From assembly GCF_006345805.1 (NCBI RefSeq), contig NW_021828486.1:1-8245 (forward strand): a stretch of DNA of 8,245 nucleotides. Reading direction: 5' to 3'. Both the position numbers and the translations under genes were made by a program. Below, in pieces: positions 7,510 to 8,245 of the stretch. The notes under the pieces were generated by a model. The model made no database searches. It was not told the origin of the DNA and saw only the letters and a program-made list of their open reading frames with translations. Every line of letters starts with the position of its first letter. Position 1 is the first letter of the stretch. The DNA is from Octopus sinensis (Eukaryota).

Positions 7510-7750
7510 GTGGAGGTATGTAGTTTAGTGGATATGGTGTCGCACGATCATAAGATTGTAGTTTCGATTCCTGGACCAGCGATGTTTTTGCTTAGAGCAA
7601 AACATTTCATTTTACATACTCCATTCACTCAGCTGGCAAAAGTGAGTAATCCTGTGACGACTGGCATCCCATCCAGAGGAGGGACATATGTGCCACAGAA
7701 TCCAGGATATCAGCCTTATGAGCTTATGCTCAGGAAGGACCTTTGACCCT
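7510..7750 (+). mobile_element. tRNA-derived SINE retaining the central module (copy D)
   Basis: A-box-like TAGTTTAGTGG (7521-7531) and B-box-like GTTTCGATTCC (7561-7571). The central GAGCAAAACATTTCATTT...CACTCAGCTGGCAAAA is related to pieces of copies A-C. Confidence 0.75.
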
Positions 7751-7752
7751 GA

Positions 7753-7812
7753 TGTGAGTGTGTGTGTATGTGTGTGTGTGTATATATATATATATAATAT
7801 ATATATATATAT
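7753..7812. repeat. (GT)n(AT)n compound microsatellite
   Basis: Read directly from the sequence. Confidence 0.93.
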
Positions 7813-8000
7813 GGGCTGGCCAGATTGGAGCAATCTCAAGAATAATCAGCCCAAATTGCGAGGATAATCTGGTGCTTGACTGAGGAAAGAACCTTCGATG
7901 GACCCGTCCTTGTTTTCTCTGTATCGTCTACCTGGATGTTTTGTTGTCCCTTTTTTTGCATCACCTAGCTGTCCAGATATTTTGTGTTCTAGTCCCATTT
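7813..8000. repeat. Probable fragment of an unclassified interspersed repeat
   Basis: Bounded by microsatellites on both sides and recalled as resembling a common octopus repeat. There is no in-window second copy. Confidence 0.35.
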
Positions 8001-8007
8001 TATTTTA

Positions 8008-8008
8008 T

Positions 8009-8040
<32 letters not shown>

Positions 8041-8046
8041 ATATAT
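8008..8046. repeat. (TA)n microsatellite
   Basis: Read directly, with one interruption. Confidence 0.95.
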
Positions 8047-8198
8047 TAATAACAAAGTAAACAGTGGGCTAAAAGTTCATGCAACCAAACATTTGGCATT
8101 TTATTTTATATTTTTAATTTACTTTATTCATCATGTACATGTACATGTGTAGTCATCATTATTTTATTTATTTTGTTCAATTTAGAGAAAATTGAAGG

Positions 8199-8245
8199 AT
8201 GTCTTTGACAATCTGGAGTGTATTTAACTTATTCTGTGGCACATG
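8199..8245 (+). CDS. Candidate start of a coding exon, MSLTIWSVFNLFCGT..., running off the window; product unknown
   Basis: T-rich tract then TTTAG (AG at 8184-8185), with ATG at 8199 and A at -3. This is the only plus frame open to the window end. It covers just 15 codons. Confidence 0.35.
   Translation, partial: MSLTIWSVFNLFCGT

Noticed and set aside
7878-7912. Hammerhead-like CTGAGGA..AAG/CTT..CGATG
   Set aside because: The essential GAAA is absent (GATG), and the downstream bases form a competing hairpin.

Overview
AT-rich eukaryotic genomic DNA with no prokaryotic operon, CRISPR array or intact gene. The repeat families and microsatellite density look cephalopod (Octopus-like); that assignment is recalled from repeat families, not searched. 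Most of the window is decayed retroelements: about eight SINE copies (five with visible tRNA-type heads), a 3' fragment of a CR1-like LINE (3469-4445) and a 3' fragment of an RTE-clade LINE (5941-7455). It also holds many microsatellites, a 42-bp minisatellite grown inside a SINE, and a 250-bp element with 56-bp inverted arms. The best gene-level reading is inferred: a CpG-rich promoter with a dyad-symmetric NRF1-ETS-ETS-NRF1 core (373-447), a non-coding first exon ending at a GTAAGT donor (787), a roughly 7.4-kb repeat-filled intron, and an acceptor at 8185 followed by ATG 8199 (MSLTIWSVFNLFCGT...). The most notable non-annotated signals are the symmetric promoter, a duplicated GATA plus nuclear-receptor DR5/DR2/DR5 module (1962-2049), a double-hairpin templated insertion in the CR1 copy, and a SINE/LINE pair sharing a 3' end. 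None of the listed ORFs is supported as a real protein gene. I see no clear new multi-gene system.
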